From positions 235,516 to 299,515 of the forward strand of contig QPGO01000071.1 in NCBI GenBank assembly GCA_008632985.1: 64,000 bases of DNA. Reading direction: 5' to 3'. Positions 11,901-23,650 of the stretch are shown here, piece by piece. The stretch is from Psammoneis japonica. Its lineage: Eukaryota. Position numbers and translations under genes: made by a program. The number at the start of each line of letters is the position of its first letter. Positions within the stretch are counted from its first letter, which is position 1. The notes below the pieces were generated by a model. That model was given only the letters and a program-made list of their open reading frames with translations. It was not told the origin of the DNA and searched no databases.

Positions 11901-13889
11901 CACGTGACCGGACACATGCCGAATTTTTTGTTGGAACTCTCCCTGTGCCTGCCATCAAATTGCGTGACACTCTGGCAATGGACATCAACAACACATCTAT
12001 CTCGAAGACCAATCACCGCCTTGCCACAGAACACATTGCACACAACAACACGTCTTTGTGTGTTGCAAATGAGCGTTGTCAACTTCAGCTCCGTTGGGTC
12101 TCATGCAGAGCTGGCAAAAGCTCTTGGTGTGCCTGAAGGTGCACTGGACTTGGTGTCATTCAGCGAGTCCCCTTGCAAGGGCACGAGAGGCAACAGCAAT
12201 TGCATTCACCCGGCGGTCTGTCAAAATCAGGGACACTGTGTTGTTCATGGCCATTCTTGGCATCCTCGTTTGACCGACAGGAAAGGAAAGCCGAAAGAAG
12301 GGGCAATGCGGCCATCCACTTCTTGGGCCCGAGTTCCTGCCATGACACAACGGCCAATCCGCACCCGCCGCTTGCTGCTGTGAGAACCCAATCTGTGAGG
12401 GCATTGGGTGCTCTCATTTTGGTGTGTTTGTCTTCCTGCCGGCCTTGCAGACAAAAAGCTGTTCTTGCAAAAGATGGGAGTTTTAAACAAAACCATCAAA
12501 AAGTTGCTGGAGAATGGAGAATGCAGATGCGTTGCAACATGCCCCTTGGCACCTGCACCACCACAACCGGCATCGTGGAGAAGATGGGAGATGGAAGATT
12601 CAGGACCGTAAAGAATGTTGAGATGGAGACAAATTTGTGCATCTGCTCCCGCCTCCAATTTGTGATCTGCAAGAATGCATCAACAAAGTGAGGAACCCAT
12701 CACTCGGTCATGGAAGGAGCTGCGCTGCCACAGGCAATGCATTGCCGGGTCGGGCATCCAAGATGGCAGCCACACAAGCAGGAAATGGGCAGCCACTCCG
12801 TGCAATTAATGATGCCAAAAGTCAGGATGCAAAATGAACTCTGACAACCGGCAATGACAACCAACGGCACAAACGTCAGGTGGTTGACCCAGAAGAGCAT
12901 GAGCGCATCAAGGAGGAACTCCGGCTTGTAAAGGCAAAGCTTGAAAGTGCATTGACAAGGAACAAGGAGGCAGAAGCTGTGATGGAGATCAAGTGTGGTG
13001 AACTCCGAATTGCACTTGAACATCAGATGGGGAGAAAGAGAACTGTGAGAAGCAAGCCATCGAGAACATGGAGAATCTCATGGCGACAAAAGCAATTCTC
13101 TCTTGTGATGATCTAAAGCCTGGAGGCTCATTGGGGGGGTTTGTTGGGGACTGTGCCTGCTTTCCCACATTTAAATGCAACGAAGCCTTCCTGGAGTTTC
13201 TCAATTGTGGCGAAGCATGCAATCCTGGCGACGGCTTGTGTGAGAATGTCAGACGGTGCTCCAGGGTCGGCTGGGAAGAAAGGAGCGCAAATCGTGAGAG
13301 AGATGGAGCAGTGCGGGAGAGTGGCAATGAGTCAGATTTCTGTGTGCCGCTGGACGATTCAATGGGCAATGGTGAAAATTTTGAGAACTCAACCAGAAAG
13401 ATTTAAAATTATGACACAATCAACAGCTGGAACATCATCTGTGGAACGAGAGCTTTCTGATGATGTTGCTTTTATTTCCATGCCCCTGACAGATCCAAAT
13501 TCTCGTCCACATGTCCTGCCGACCCCGCACTTGCGCGCCACAAAATCCCAGTGCGTTTTGCTTGAGCAGGCGTTGCTTCAGCAAAAACTGGAATTACAGC
13601 ACAATCAATGGCAACAACATCATCTGCAGAACGAGAGCTTTCCAATGATGTCATTTTTATTTCCACACCCCTGACAGATCCGAATTCTCGTCCACACATC
13701 CTGCCGACCCCGCACTTGCTCACCACAAAATCCCAGTGCGCAATCGCACTTTTTTAGCATTCAATCGAAGCTCGACATTTCTGCATGGATGATTCAGTGT
13801 AAAACTTGCATGTGATCACATGTGCTCCACAAAACATTAAAAACACAGAAGAAACCAAAACTGATCGGTGTTCGGAGTGTCGGCACATG
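11901..13889 (+). mobile_element. Internally deleted DNA transposon with fragments resembling a transposase N-terminus
   Basis: Imperfect inverted ends cacgtgaccggacac..ccga (11901) and tcggagtgtcggcacatg (13872-13889); broken ORFs 12070-13400 (coiled coil, FPTFKCNEAFLEFLN..GDGLCEN); subterminal repeats. Confidence 0.45.
13416..13740 (+). repeat. Direct repeat of about 140 bp, period 185 (13416-13555 and 13601-13740)
   Basis: Shared aacatcatctg..gaacgagagctttc..ctgacagatc..aattctcgtccaca..ctgccgaccccgcacttgc..ccacaaaatcccagtgcg. Confidence 0.9.
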
Positions 13890-14474
13890 TTGTTTGTTGT
13901 TCTGCAGCGAGAGACAGACCCTGTGTGTCTGAGACAGTTGTCATTTTCATTGCATGAGGGGTGAACCTCGGTGGAGACGACACCGGAACGAAGCTGCGGG
14001 AAAGTCAGGTTATGAGCCAAAACCAGTGCTCTGATGCTGTCGTGAAACAAGACTGTGTCGTGCGCCCACGACCCCATGTTGGCGGAAACAGTCTGCATGC
14101 GGTTCACGTGAAAGACGGCAAGACCGTCGATTTTTTCAAGAGAACAAGACGATTTTGGCCCTCTAGTTCAAGTTTAAGCCTGGGACCAGATTTGATTCTT
14201 GGTGGGGCACTGCCACCACAATTGAGAGCCATTGAGCAGCCAGTTTGCATGATGGCAGTGACACAGAAATCTGATGGAAAGAAAACGCAAAAATGAGTGC
14301 GGCACGGTGCTGCATTTTTGTCCGCGTTTGGAATCCCTGTCGCAGGCTCCAGCAGCTTGCAACAGATGTGTCATGCTGCAGCATCTAAATGCATGTCATG
14401 ACTGATGAAAAGAAACAGTTTGCCATCCATTGCAAATGGAGCTGGTGCAGATTGCAGCAGTGTGCTGTTGCGAT

Positions 14475-15543
14475 TCAATCCCTGCGAAATTGCAACCCTG
14501 ACTGAACCTTGTCCGGCTTTGGCAATGGAACGTCTTTCGGACTCGGCTTCAGATTTCCATGCAAATCTTCTGTGCTAAAAAGACCTTCACCACACTCAAA
14601 TGACAATTGTGTCACAACAGTGCAGGCACGGAAACATTGGCTGTGCAGGTGGATGTCGTGACGAAAGCGTTGCGAAAGACACCCAAACAGCTTGAGACGA
14701 TCATTTGCCATCTCTTGTTTGTTGCGCACAGCCCCTCTCACCTTGGCGACAACTTTTGGCTCCACACAGTGAATCCCACTCGTGCTCTTTACATGCTCTG
14801 GGTCCTCCGCTCCGTAGCCATCATCGGCTTCGACCCTCTTGTTCTCTCCCAAATGGTGCTTGACAGAGTGACGGAAGATTTTGAGATCGGGCCAATCTCC
14901 ACAAGGAAACGGCCCATTGATCCACACAATGTCACCGGTCAAAATGCACACACAAACTTCACACCAGAGGCCAGCCTTTTTGAACTTGAAAGAATAAAAT
15001 GCCTTTGGGTTTTTCCCTTGGCTGGTCGTTTGACAATCGGCACAATCGACTGTCACCAAGCAGTCGAGGCCCTTGTCTCCAATGAGACGATTCGACCACA
15101 CAATCTGTGAAACCCGCAGAGGAAAAGGTTAGACTGAGCATCATTCACGTGACACAATCAGGCTGAAAACTCACCACTTCGAACTCCAAACACGAAACTC
15201 GGTCAATGAAGAACCAACTCCACTTGCGAAACATCTGTTCGTCAACTCCGCCACATTTGCAAGCAAGGTCTTCTTCGGTTTTGCATGTTTTCACCAAAAG
15301 CAACGCCCAGAGTAGATGAACTGGCTTTGCACATTTCTCATCTTTATCTGGCTCTGATTCTGGGTCGGGAACGCCAATCCTCAGCCCAATCCAGATGTCG
15401 ACACAGACAGCGGGCTCAACAGCAAAGTGAGACATCCACCGTCGGTTGAACACCACTTCGCTCCCAGTCCACGGGCAGTGGTTCATGATTTCACTGCCAA
15501 GTTCAATGAATGTGTCGTGGTTGGGACCCGGCATCTTCTTCAT
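14475..15543 (-). CDS. PIF/Harbinger-like DDE_Tnp_4-type transposase, 2 exons (intron 15174-15105); frame open but heavily substituted
   Basis: GTGAGT donor, CTAAC branch point, CAG acceptor; motifs VTVDCADC, IVWINGPFPCG.WPD, EADDGY and KQEMANDRLKLF. Confidence 0.8.
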
Positions 15544-15911
15544 GGGGGGTCCTGCCGCGGCATCGCCCTGTGGGCGTCATCGAGTCAACGACATCGTGGG
15601 GTGTCGTTTTCTCCGCAAAACTGGGCACGCCAAGATGGATGCAACATCAATGATTCTCACACAGTCTCAAATGTGTGTTTTTTGACGAGCCGTTAAAAGT
15701 CATGCGTTGATGCAGTGCGGTTGTACGACAACACAGGCAAACACTTTCGAACTGCTTCGCACAGCACCGTGATGTACGACGCCAAACAGCTGTGATTTGA
15801 GTTGGAGTTCTCAATCCATTGAGGTCACATGATAAAATGCAATGTTGCAGCTTGTGTGTGTGTGTGAAGTGTAATTTTTGCATCTGCAGATGTGTGATTT
15901 TTCAGAATCTG

Positions 15912-16016
15912 GAATTTTGACCGGACTTTTCGATTTTGACCGAAAAAAGAAAGTCCGGTCAAAATTCAAATTTTCGGTCAAAATGAGCCGAAAAAAAGAG
16001 GCGCATTTTCGGCTCA
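15912..16016. repeat. Cluster of three perfect inverted repeats (18, 14 and 11 bp)
   Basis: 15912-15929/15950-15967; 15933-15946/15971-15984; 15984-15994/16006-16016. Confidence 0.9.
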
Positions 16017-16468
16017 CTTCACACAACTCTTTGACAGTGTGTCATTGTGTTGTCCAACGGCCTTTCGCTTGAAGACAGGACAGATTGAAGTGACCGGAAA
16101 ATGAAAAAGACCCATTTGAAATTTCGGGCCGAATTCGATTTTTCCGGTCGGATTAATCGGATGTCCGTTGCTTGGCCAGAATTCTCTCAACAGACCGGAA
16201 ACTGGTCGTTGATGTCCAATGATCATGTTCAGTTTTAAAGCTGTCATTGTCAATGTTGCTGTCAAAGCTTGAATGTGATTTAATCATGTGTCTCTGCGTC
16301 ACCTGCACAACGAAAACGTGGCATGGTGCGCGCAGGCAGCCCAAACGAAGGCTCTCGATGGCTTTCGAAGAACAAAGCCGAGGCTCCATGCTCGCTCAGA
16401 AGCCAAGACGCAGACGCATCCACTCGCACTTCTGAGCTCTGATCATCGTTGTTTGCTTTCTCCTGTCA

Positions 16469-17736
16469 ATGGGACCGCGTTGGGGAACAAAGCAATGTCA
16501 CGAGTGCACGAAGCACTTTAACTTGTTCCATGCCAGCAAAGGCAAAGAGGGCTGGGACCCCAACAACACCGAGGAGGCACATGTCAAGTCCAAGACCGCG
16601 ATGTTGGATGTCATCCGTCCTTTTCTGCATCGCAACCTTGGTGGTCACAAAGATCACAAATTGTCTGACAAGGCTCTTGGTGGCTGCAAAAGAGCCTCCA
16701 GTGAGCATTTCGTTGAGTTGGCCATTGACGGAACCCGTCGAAGTGTGTGAATTGTCGCTTCACCCTGTTGGTTGTTGTTCATGCTCACATTTGCCACGAC
16801 TCACGATGATCTTTTTTTTCCTTGACAGAAGCACACCTGGCAGATGAGGAGAAAACAGGCGCACGGGCAACTCAAGCAACAGCAGGACAAGGGGTCACAC
16901 GGCTGCCGCAAGGAGGAGACGACGACGACAACTGCGACAGTGCCAACGACAGCAACTGTGAGTTTGAGGAGCAAGAAGACAAATCTGAGGAGGAGGCAGA
17001 TGATGAAGGCAACAGCGACGAGCAACAAGAACCCAGGAGCACTGGCAGTGTGAAGACCCCCAGTGCTGCACCAAGCAAGAAGTCCAAGACGAAGAGGACT
17101 CCCAAGAGCTCCTCAAAAAAGAAGTCGGGCGCAGAAGACTCTCGTCTCACAAGAGACATGCAGGAGAAGCTGAACATCTCCGGCTGCGCGCGCCATGTCC
17201 GAGACGATATTTTGCCATGCTCCCTTTGTGTCTGGACGGAGCCGGACTCGGGGATCAACCACGTCACGATCGAAATCGAGCTCCTTGGCACGATGGTGGC
17301 GCAGGACTGCAAGCCGAGCATCGCGCGCGATGGTGCAGAGGCAACTGTGGAGTGCAAGTTCCCAAATGGCGGGGACCTGATGGACCCAGCACACCTTTTG
17401 TTGACTCACAAGGATCACATTGATTTTTCAGACCAGCATCCGAAGCATTCAGCTGAGCAGAAAGCAATGAGGGCCTTGAAAGAGTTGAGTTTTGACAAAG
17501 AAGAAGACAGGAAGCTCCATGTTGAGCTTCCTTTCCCTTGCAATTTGAGTGGATTCTATGATCCACTCAAGGATGAGGATAACCAGCATCCAGCGGTCAA
17601 CCTGTGTCCGATTCATCCACGGGAGAGTGTCCCTGAAGGTGCGCCGAAAGCATCCATGAAGAAACTCGAGCTGACCCTGGAGAGCTTGGAAAAACCCAGG
17701 TGCACGCAAGAGGTTGTGTTGGCTAGTTTCTTCTAG
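16469..17736 (+). pseudogene. Transposon-associated second ORF, divergent from the transposase; probably 2 exons; acidic and Lys/Ser-rich tracts
   Basis: ORFs 16469-16750 and 16822-17736 lie inside the TpA-poor island and are almost Tyr-free; a two-ORF layout is typical of Harbinger elements, but no Myb motif was recognised. Confidence 0.45.
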
Positions 17737-19768
17737 GCAGTGGCACACAATGTAGTTGTAATCTAGATTGCATTGTTTGGGGCACTTTTGTCTGGCTCTA
17801 ATTTTTCCATCGGATGTTTTTCAAATCTAGCTCTTGCTTGTGCAAGGCACTTGCTTGCGACCAGCATGTGCTGGGCCGACTGATGGGGTCTAGCACTCCT
17901 AAATGAAATCAGAATAAGAACATCAGCCTGGCGAGACGTCTGGACAAACTCCTTTCACATCGTAATTGACCTGCCGTTCACGGCAGTGGTCTTCTTCCCG
18001 TGTGGATCCGCAGCTGACCTGAATGCGCAGACGACTGATCTGTGCGCCGAATCCCCGTTTCGCGTTTGCGGAATAGGTATCCAAACTTTACGCGTCAGAA
18101 CATGACTTCACTGCGTGAAACAGGGGTCACTAGAGCCGTAGGCCTGGTATGTTGACGTCATGCGTACATTTTGTACCACAACACTGTGTAAAAAATAACG
18201 TCACAAGCCGTCATCACTCTCGAAACTCGATGCGCCGAAGAAGTTGTGGACGACCATGATGAATACGCAACGATTCTGACGGTAACAAGTAAGTTTATTC
18301 TCAACGGTACATTATAGAGCTCCTGTATATTCTTTTCTTCATTGAATGATGTAAGATTTTTGGTTGAAAACAGTGTAAAATATCTTGTAATCGGCTTGCA
18401 AACATGAAGGACTAATGCAAATCAAAATTCGAAGGCCTCTCCCTGCCAGTAATTAGCACCACTTTCTAAGATAAACCCACTCAAGAGCCCTAGATGACTA
18501 GCTTAGATACACATTGCATCAACAATGGATCTCTAAGAGATGCTTAATAACTTAGATACTTTCTTCTGCTGCTTTAGTCGGACAAGCCAGGTTCGTCACA
18601 ATCTCCAGCACAACAGCTTCCGGCGTCTCAAGCACTTGTTAAACGTTTCTGCTGATTCATATCACCCACAATCATTGCAAAAGAGGACTCATGGTAAGAC
18701 ATAGATGACATGACGACCATTCATAACGATTCTTGCTGCAGTCCGAGTCGATTTGGTTGTCAAGTTGGGCGACTGGCAAACAACTTCCAGGCGGATCTGT
18801 GATTTTTCTGCTCATATAAAACCACCCCGATAAGCCAGACACCTCAGCCTATCATCTTCTATGTATATACGAGTGAATAGACGTGATTGTATCCAATGCA
18901 CTCCGACTTCGACGTTGGAAACGGCGTTGTCGGTCGATGCACCTGCGGCAGAAATTTTGACAGACAGCAAAAAATGAGTTAGTAAAAGTGTGATAATTGA
19001 CAGTTTGAGTGGTACTCACCCACTAGTATCCTTCCTATAGGCTCGATGAAGACATTCCACTTGTGATTACCACTCAAATTTAAATGTTGACGACGTCGCA
19101 ACCGACTAGTCACCACGCTCGACGTCAAGTTCGTGCCACCCAAAAACACGAAGCACGGCGGTGCTTGACCAACAAGCACGAATATCCATGAGTAACTCCA
19201 TCCACACCACCACTTTTATTGAATCGTTCAAAGAATGTATGTAACCTTTGATGTGCTTCGGTCATAGAGGCATTCGCAAGCTTCGATTAGGTGGAGGCAA
19301 CAACAGCGAAAATGCATGAGAAGTGGTAGATGGGAAAAAAAAGCATCTAAAGGAAAAAATTGAGCAGGAATCTCTATGTCATGTGCTCCCAATATGGTAT
19401 GGAAGGACTCTCCAGACGAGATTCCTGCTCAATTTTCAATGTTAACGCCGCCGTCAACGATTTTCTTACCATGGTCGATGTCTTTTTTTCTCGTGTAAAA
19501 AGCACGGAGATTTTCGGATGGCGGACGAACGTGCAAAAAAATATTTTAGTCGAATCACTCATCTATAAGGTCCCTCCACGTAGAAACTTTCACGCAGTGA
19601 CTTGCTTTCCCGCAGCTTCAACAAGCTTTACTGAAGAAATAGGCTTTGGCTTTGGAACAAACAAATTATTTCCTTCTTTCCGAAGTTCTGCAACAGCAGT
19701 TGGAACAAACTCAACGGTCATCACACCGTAACACATACCGCCGCAAGCAGCAGTCTCTGTTATCGAAC

Positions 19769-21826
19769 ATGTCAGGTCCCTTTGTCGAGTCTTGTAACGT
19801 GAGGCGTCGGCAGATTGCTTCGACGAAGCAGCTGTTTGCTGCTGCTTCTGCATCGCCAGAGGCTGTGTCATGGGATAATGACTTTGTTGTACGGGCAGTC
19901 ACTCCATCGGAAATCAGCACACTTCGTGGACCATGTCGTTGCAAGTGTCAAGACTGGAGTAAAATCCGTTTAATGCTACGAAAGGAAGTTGTCGCGACCG
20001 ACCAAAGTGTTCAGTTACAAACGTTTGTGACTGACAACACCTTTGCAGGACTAGTAGTTTTGGGTTTGCCTGCTGAACGAGAGGGAAGCAACGAAATTCC
20101 ACCCGGAGTCCATTCGAACATTCTTATTGCCGACTGCATCTTGGAACCCAATTGCCGCGTCTATCGAAACACAACGATGCGCCAAACACACGTGTGTAGT
20201 CATGCGTTTGTGATGAATTGTGGCGAAGTCTCAGCAGATAAAGCACAGAATTATGACTCTATGGATGTGATGGTTGGGGCTGAGAGCGGAGGAGGAAGAA
20301 AGCTCACAGTCACTGTAGAGGGTACAATGATTGACGTCTGCGATGAGCTGATAAATTTATCAAAGAAGGACGATATCCCCGCTCCAGGGATTCTCAAACA
20401 AGACGAGTTTATGTGCGACTTGAACATTTTGAGCTCGTACGCCACAGTACGAGACACTCCAACCATTCAGAACGTGTATGTAGCATCGCATTCGTCCATC
20501 GAATCGGCCACATCTGTCAAGAATGCCGTGCTTCTGTCGGATTCTAAAATATCAAACTCATCGACGGCATCGAACGTCTTTTTGCAGTGGAATGCGGCGA
20601 TTTCTGATCAATCCAACGTTGTTGATACCCTCTTGATGGAGCACGCACACGCAGGTCCACACTCAACATGCGCTTCATCTATACTTGGCCCGGACGTTCA
20701 TATTTCCACCGGTGAAGTCCATGCTTCCGTGCTTGGCCCCAACACAAATGCTCATCACCAATCACTCGTAATTAGCGTCCTCTGGCCGTTGGGTAGGGGC
20801 AATGTCGGGTACGGCGCGAACGTCGGGTCCAATCACACTGGACGAATACCGGACCAAGAAACATGCGCCGGAGAAGGAACCTTTTGGGGCCTGAGCTGTG
20901 TTGTGAAATTTCCCGTCAATTTGTTGGAGTCACCCTATTCGCTTGTCGCAGCAGGAACCACTCTGATACCACAGCGTATCTGTATGCCATTCTCGTTGCT
21001 GGTGGATGGCGAGGATGGCATGTGCCAAATAATGCCAGGGTGGGTGCTTTCCAGTTCTCCTTATACTCTATTACGGTCTGAACAGAAGTTTGCCAAACGA
21101 CGAAAGGCAAAACGGCACTTGTTCTACACTGGCTATAAGATTATGAGGCCTGACATTATCAACATGTGCTTGGCGGCGAGGAACTCGTTATCTAGGGTTG
21201 CCTCAAAGGATTCAAAGTACAAGACCGAGAGAGAAGTAGCCGGAATCGGCAAGTGTTATCTCACGGAAAAGGCAAGACAAGCAGGAATCGATTCTTATTC
21301 TAGGTGCATTCAACGTTACGTCCTTCATGGCTTGCTGGGGCATATCTTTTCGTTGGAAGCGTCAGGGAACGACATACTGACTATCCTCAATGGTGAACTA
21401 TCCTCACCCCAAGCAGCTTTAGCTAGCACTACTGACTCAAAGAGCGTGTCGTGGTCGGCTCTTCCATGGAAAGAGGTAAGCTCCGAACTTTGGAGCCATC
21501 AACGGTCTATTCTGTTGACGGAGTTTCCGAATCTGGGAAGTTCCAACGTGGGTCCGTCGCTGATTACCGAAATGCTGCTCAAACTCGTCAACCTCGAGAA
21601 CGACTATGCTCATGCCGTTCATCAGTGCAAGCAGCGTGATGATGTTCGCGGTGGCAAGACCATCCCGGGTTACCAGGAGTCTCATGTTTCGGCGGACAAC
21701 GATTCTGTCATTGTTTTAGCGCGGCAAGAAGCACAAAGGGTGGAGGAGACCGTCCGCGGAATACTTGCTGGTTTTCAAAACAATCACAATACAAACTACA
21801 GCATAGACGCGAGAAGCAGGCTTTAA
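19769..21826 (+). CDS. DUF4954-like protein with a beta-helix-like repeat region
   Basis: Motif HHQSLVISVLWPLGRGNVGYGANVGSNHTGRIPDQE..GEGTFWGL; ORF is open from 19646, first ATG at 19769. Confidence 0.7.
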   Translation: MSGPFVESCNVRRRQIASTKQLFAAASASPEAVSWDNDFVVRAVTPSEISTLRGPCRCKCQDWSKIRLMLRKEVVATDQSVQLQTFVTDNTFAGLVVLGLPAEREGSNEIPPGVHSNILIADCILEPNCRVYRNTTMRQTHVCSHAFVMNCGEVSADKAQNYDSMDVMVGAESGGGRKLTVTVEGTMIDVCDELINLSKKDDIPAPGILKQDEFMCDLNILSSYATVRDTPTIQNVYVASHSSIESATSVKNAVLLSDSKISNSSTASNVFLQWNAAISDQSNVVDTLLMEHAHAGPHSTCASSILGPDVHISTGEVHASVLGPNTNAHHQSLVISVLWPLGRGNVGYGANVGSNHTGRIPDQETCAGEGTFWGLSCVVKFPVNLLESPYSLVAAGTTLIPQRICMPFSLLVDGEDGMCQIMPGWVLSSSPYTLLRSEQKFAKRRKAKRHLFYTGYKIMRPDIINMCLAARNSLSRVASKDSKYKTEREVAGIGKCYLTEKARQAGIDSYSRCIQRYVLHGLLGHIFSLEASGNDILTILNGELSSPQAALASTTDSKSVSWSALPWKEVSSELWSHQRSILLTEFPNLGSSNVGPSLITEMLLKLVNLENDYAHAVHQCKQRDDVRGGKTIPGYQESHVSADNDSVIVLARQEAQRVEETVRGILAGFQNNHNTNYSIDARSRL

Positions 21827-21884
21827 CTTTCCAAGTCTTGGGTATGAAAGGTGGCAGTCAGGATGTGACACGAAATCAACGTCG

Positions 21885-22967
21885 TCACTTTTCCTGGCGT
21901 TTTGGCACTGAGCGTCGTCGGCTTCCTTGGATCGAATAAGTTCTTCGTACCTTTTTGCGGGGACCGGGATAGAGAGGGGGCCTTTTCACAACTTTGACAC
22001 TGGGGGGCAATGCTCGCAGCGGTTTGCCGCAGTAAATGTTGAAGGAATCTTCTTCTCTAGTATAACTAGGCCGTCCCAACTCGTACGCCTTTTTTCTGGC
22101 TGGTGTCCATTCCTTGTTGCGAGTCTCTTCAAGCCACTCATTAACGAAATCAATTTCGAATCCGGTTGCTTCAGATATGGCAAGGAGCTCCGCTTCATCT
22201 GCAACAGGATCGTTCCAGTGGATACGAAGCCATTCTCTCATGTACGCTTCAAACCTCGTTTCCATGAACATATTCTCAAGTGCCCTGCTTTTGTTTGAAC
22301 TACTGTGAACCCCATTACGTAGGCTTTCAGCTTTGAAGTACTCGTACGTTTCTCGAAACAGCGTGTCGTAGGGTGGCATGAACCGCATATATGGCCCGAT
22401 GCCCAAAACTTCCAAGTCTTCAGGCATTTCGGCAAGATGAACGAGCTTTCTCGTTCGCTTGATCATTCTCTCGTAGAGCTCATCCAACTCTTGCGTTTTC
22501 TCTAGTGACCAATTACGGCGGTGTAATTCTCTGCAAGAGCAAAAGAGGTCCTCACGGAGAGCGATGAATCTCGTTTGAAACTTTTTCCGGTGACGAGTTG
22601 CTTTGAATATCGCGATGAGATCGCTTAGTTTGCGAATTCGTTCGAATGCACAAGGGTCTTGGTGTAGTAATGTCGATGGATTCCATGAAACTGATCGAGA
22701 CAACCCGCCATCATTGACGATCTTCGATTGGATCGCATTGGTCGTTTCATCCTCACTCCGTGGTAGCTTCTTTTCTTTGGGGTATTCCAGTTTCGTCTCA
22801 TCAGCGCCCTTGGCATTTGGTGTTGGTTTACACAGTACCGTCGAGACAAAATTGGGCTTCTTATCAGGATCGTCAATACAGGAAGAGAAAATTCCTTTCG
22901 AAAATAAATGAGAGAGACTGAAGGGCTTCGACAAAGTGTTGCTTTCGTTTTGACCAGAAACATTCAT
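21885..22967 (-). CDS. Protein with a divergent TALE/KN-type homeodomain
   Basis: YMREWLRIHWNDPVADEAELLAISEATGFEIDFVNEWLEETRNKEWTP matches the helix spacing of KN homeodomains. Confidence 0.65.
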   Translation of the reverse strand: MNVSGQNESNTLSKPFSLSHLFSKGIFSSCIDDPDKKPNFVSTVLCKPTPNAKGADETKLEYPKEKKLPRSEDETTNAIQSKIVNDGGLSRSVSWNPSTLLHQDPCAFERIRKLSDLIAIFKATRHRKKFQTRFIALREDLFCSCRELHRRNWSLEKTQELDELYERMIKRTRKLVHLAEMPEDLEVLGIGPYMRFMPPYDTLFRETYEYFKAESLRNGVHSSSNKSRALENMFMETRFEAYMREWLRIHWNDPVADEAELLAISEATGFEIDFVNEWLEETRNKEWTPARKKAYELGRPSYTREEDSFNIYCGKPLRALPPSVKVVKRPPLYPGPRKKVRRTYSIQGSRRRSVPKRQEK

Positions 22968-23650
22968 GTTGCTTCGTGAGCGATTAGCGTGTGGATGTGG
23001 CTTCAATGGTCGATATCAGTTTTGACACAAGAATATGGTGGACAAGTCCAAAGTGCTTTATCTGTAATCCGCATTTCTTGGAACCGTTCGCAAAGTGTTT
23101 GAGTTTGAAAGTACAGTAGCCGTTGCGTGGGACTTTTAAGTCAAACGAATCGAAGATATCGTGAAACGAGCTCTCAAATATAACCTCGCGCTCCCAAATT
23201 TGTGGACCATGACATCAGCCGAATGCTACTACTGTATGTCGCCTGTCTTGAATGAATTTGAACGAATGATGAGTTCGAGGCACAAAGCGAAACGAGCGTG
23301 AGATGTACTTGTACGACGAGAAGAGTTTCACATACAAAGAATCGACCATGGGTTCCATGTTCCATGACCGACCATGACTTTCATTAGCCACCAGCTACTG
23401 GACTGCAACATGACGAACGGGGCTTCTTCCACAATTATCAACTACGAGAAGAAAATTTTAGCACACACCAAGCTCGTAAAATTCTTCTTAATGACCTAAT
23501 AGTTAGGCAAAAGACCTTATCGTCGGCTACTCACTGCGGTCGTCAGCGCGCCAACTCTAGTGCTACCCCTCTTCAAAACGAGACCCCGCGGGCGTGAACC
23601 ACTCTCTGCATCATTGTTGATGCAGCTTCTGGCACGTGTCATACATGTGT

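Noticed and set aside
13416..13740. CRISPR-like array, also considered for 643-880 and 42593-42651
   Set aside because: Only two units each, no repeat-spacer series, no cas genes, eukaryotic context.
3184..13889. The two homologous segments (3184 and 13750) as LTRs of one 10.7-kb element
   Set aside because: No retroelement genes lie between them, the segments are short and differ in mutation state, and each has its own inverted partner, so they are better read as two DNA-transposon ends.
6080..17800. Alternative genetic code or Tyr reassignment in the element ORFs
   Set aside because: TA is missing in all frames and in non-coding repeat DNA, so the effect is mutational rather than translational.
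17880..19350. Possible gene or RNA gene in the ORF-free stretch
   Set aside because: No convincing ORF, tRNA or rRNA pattern recognised by eye.
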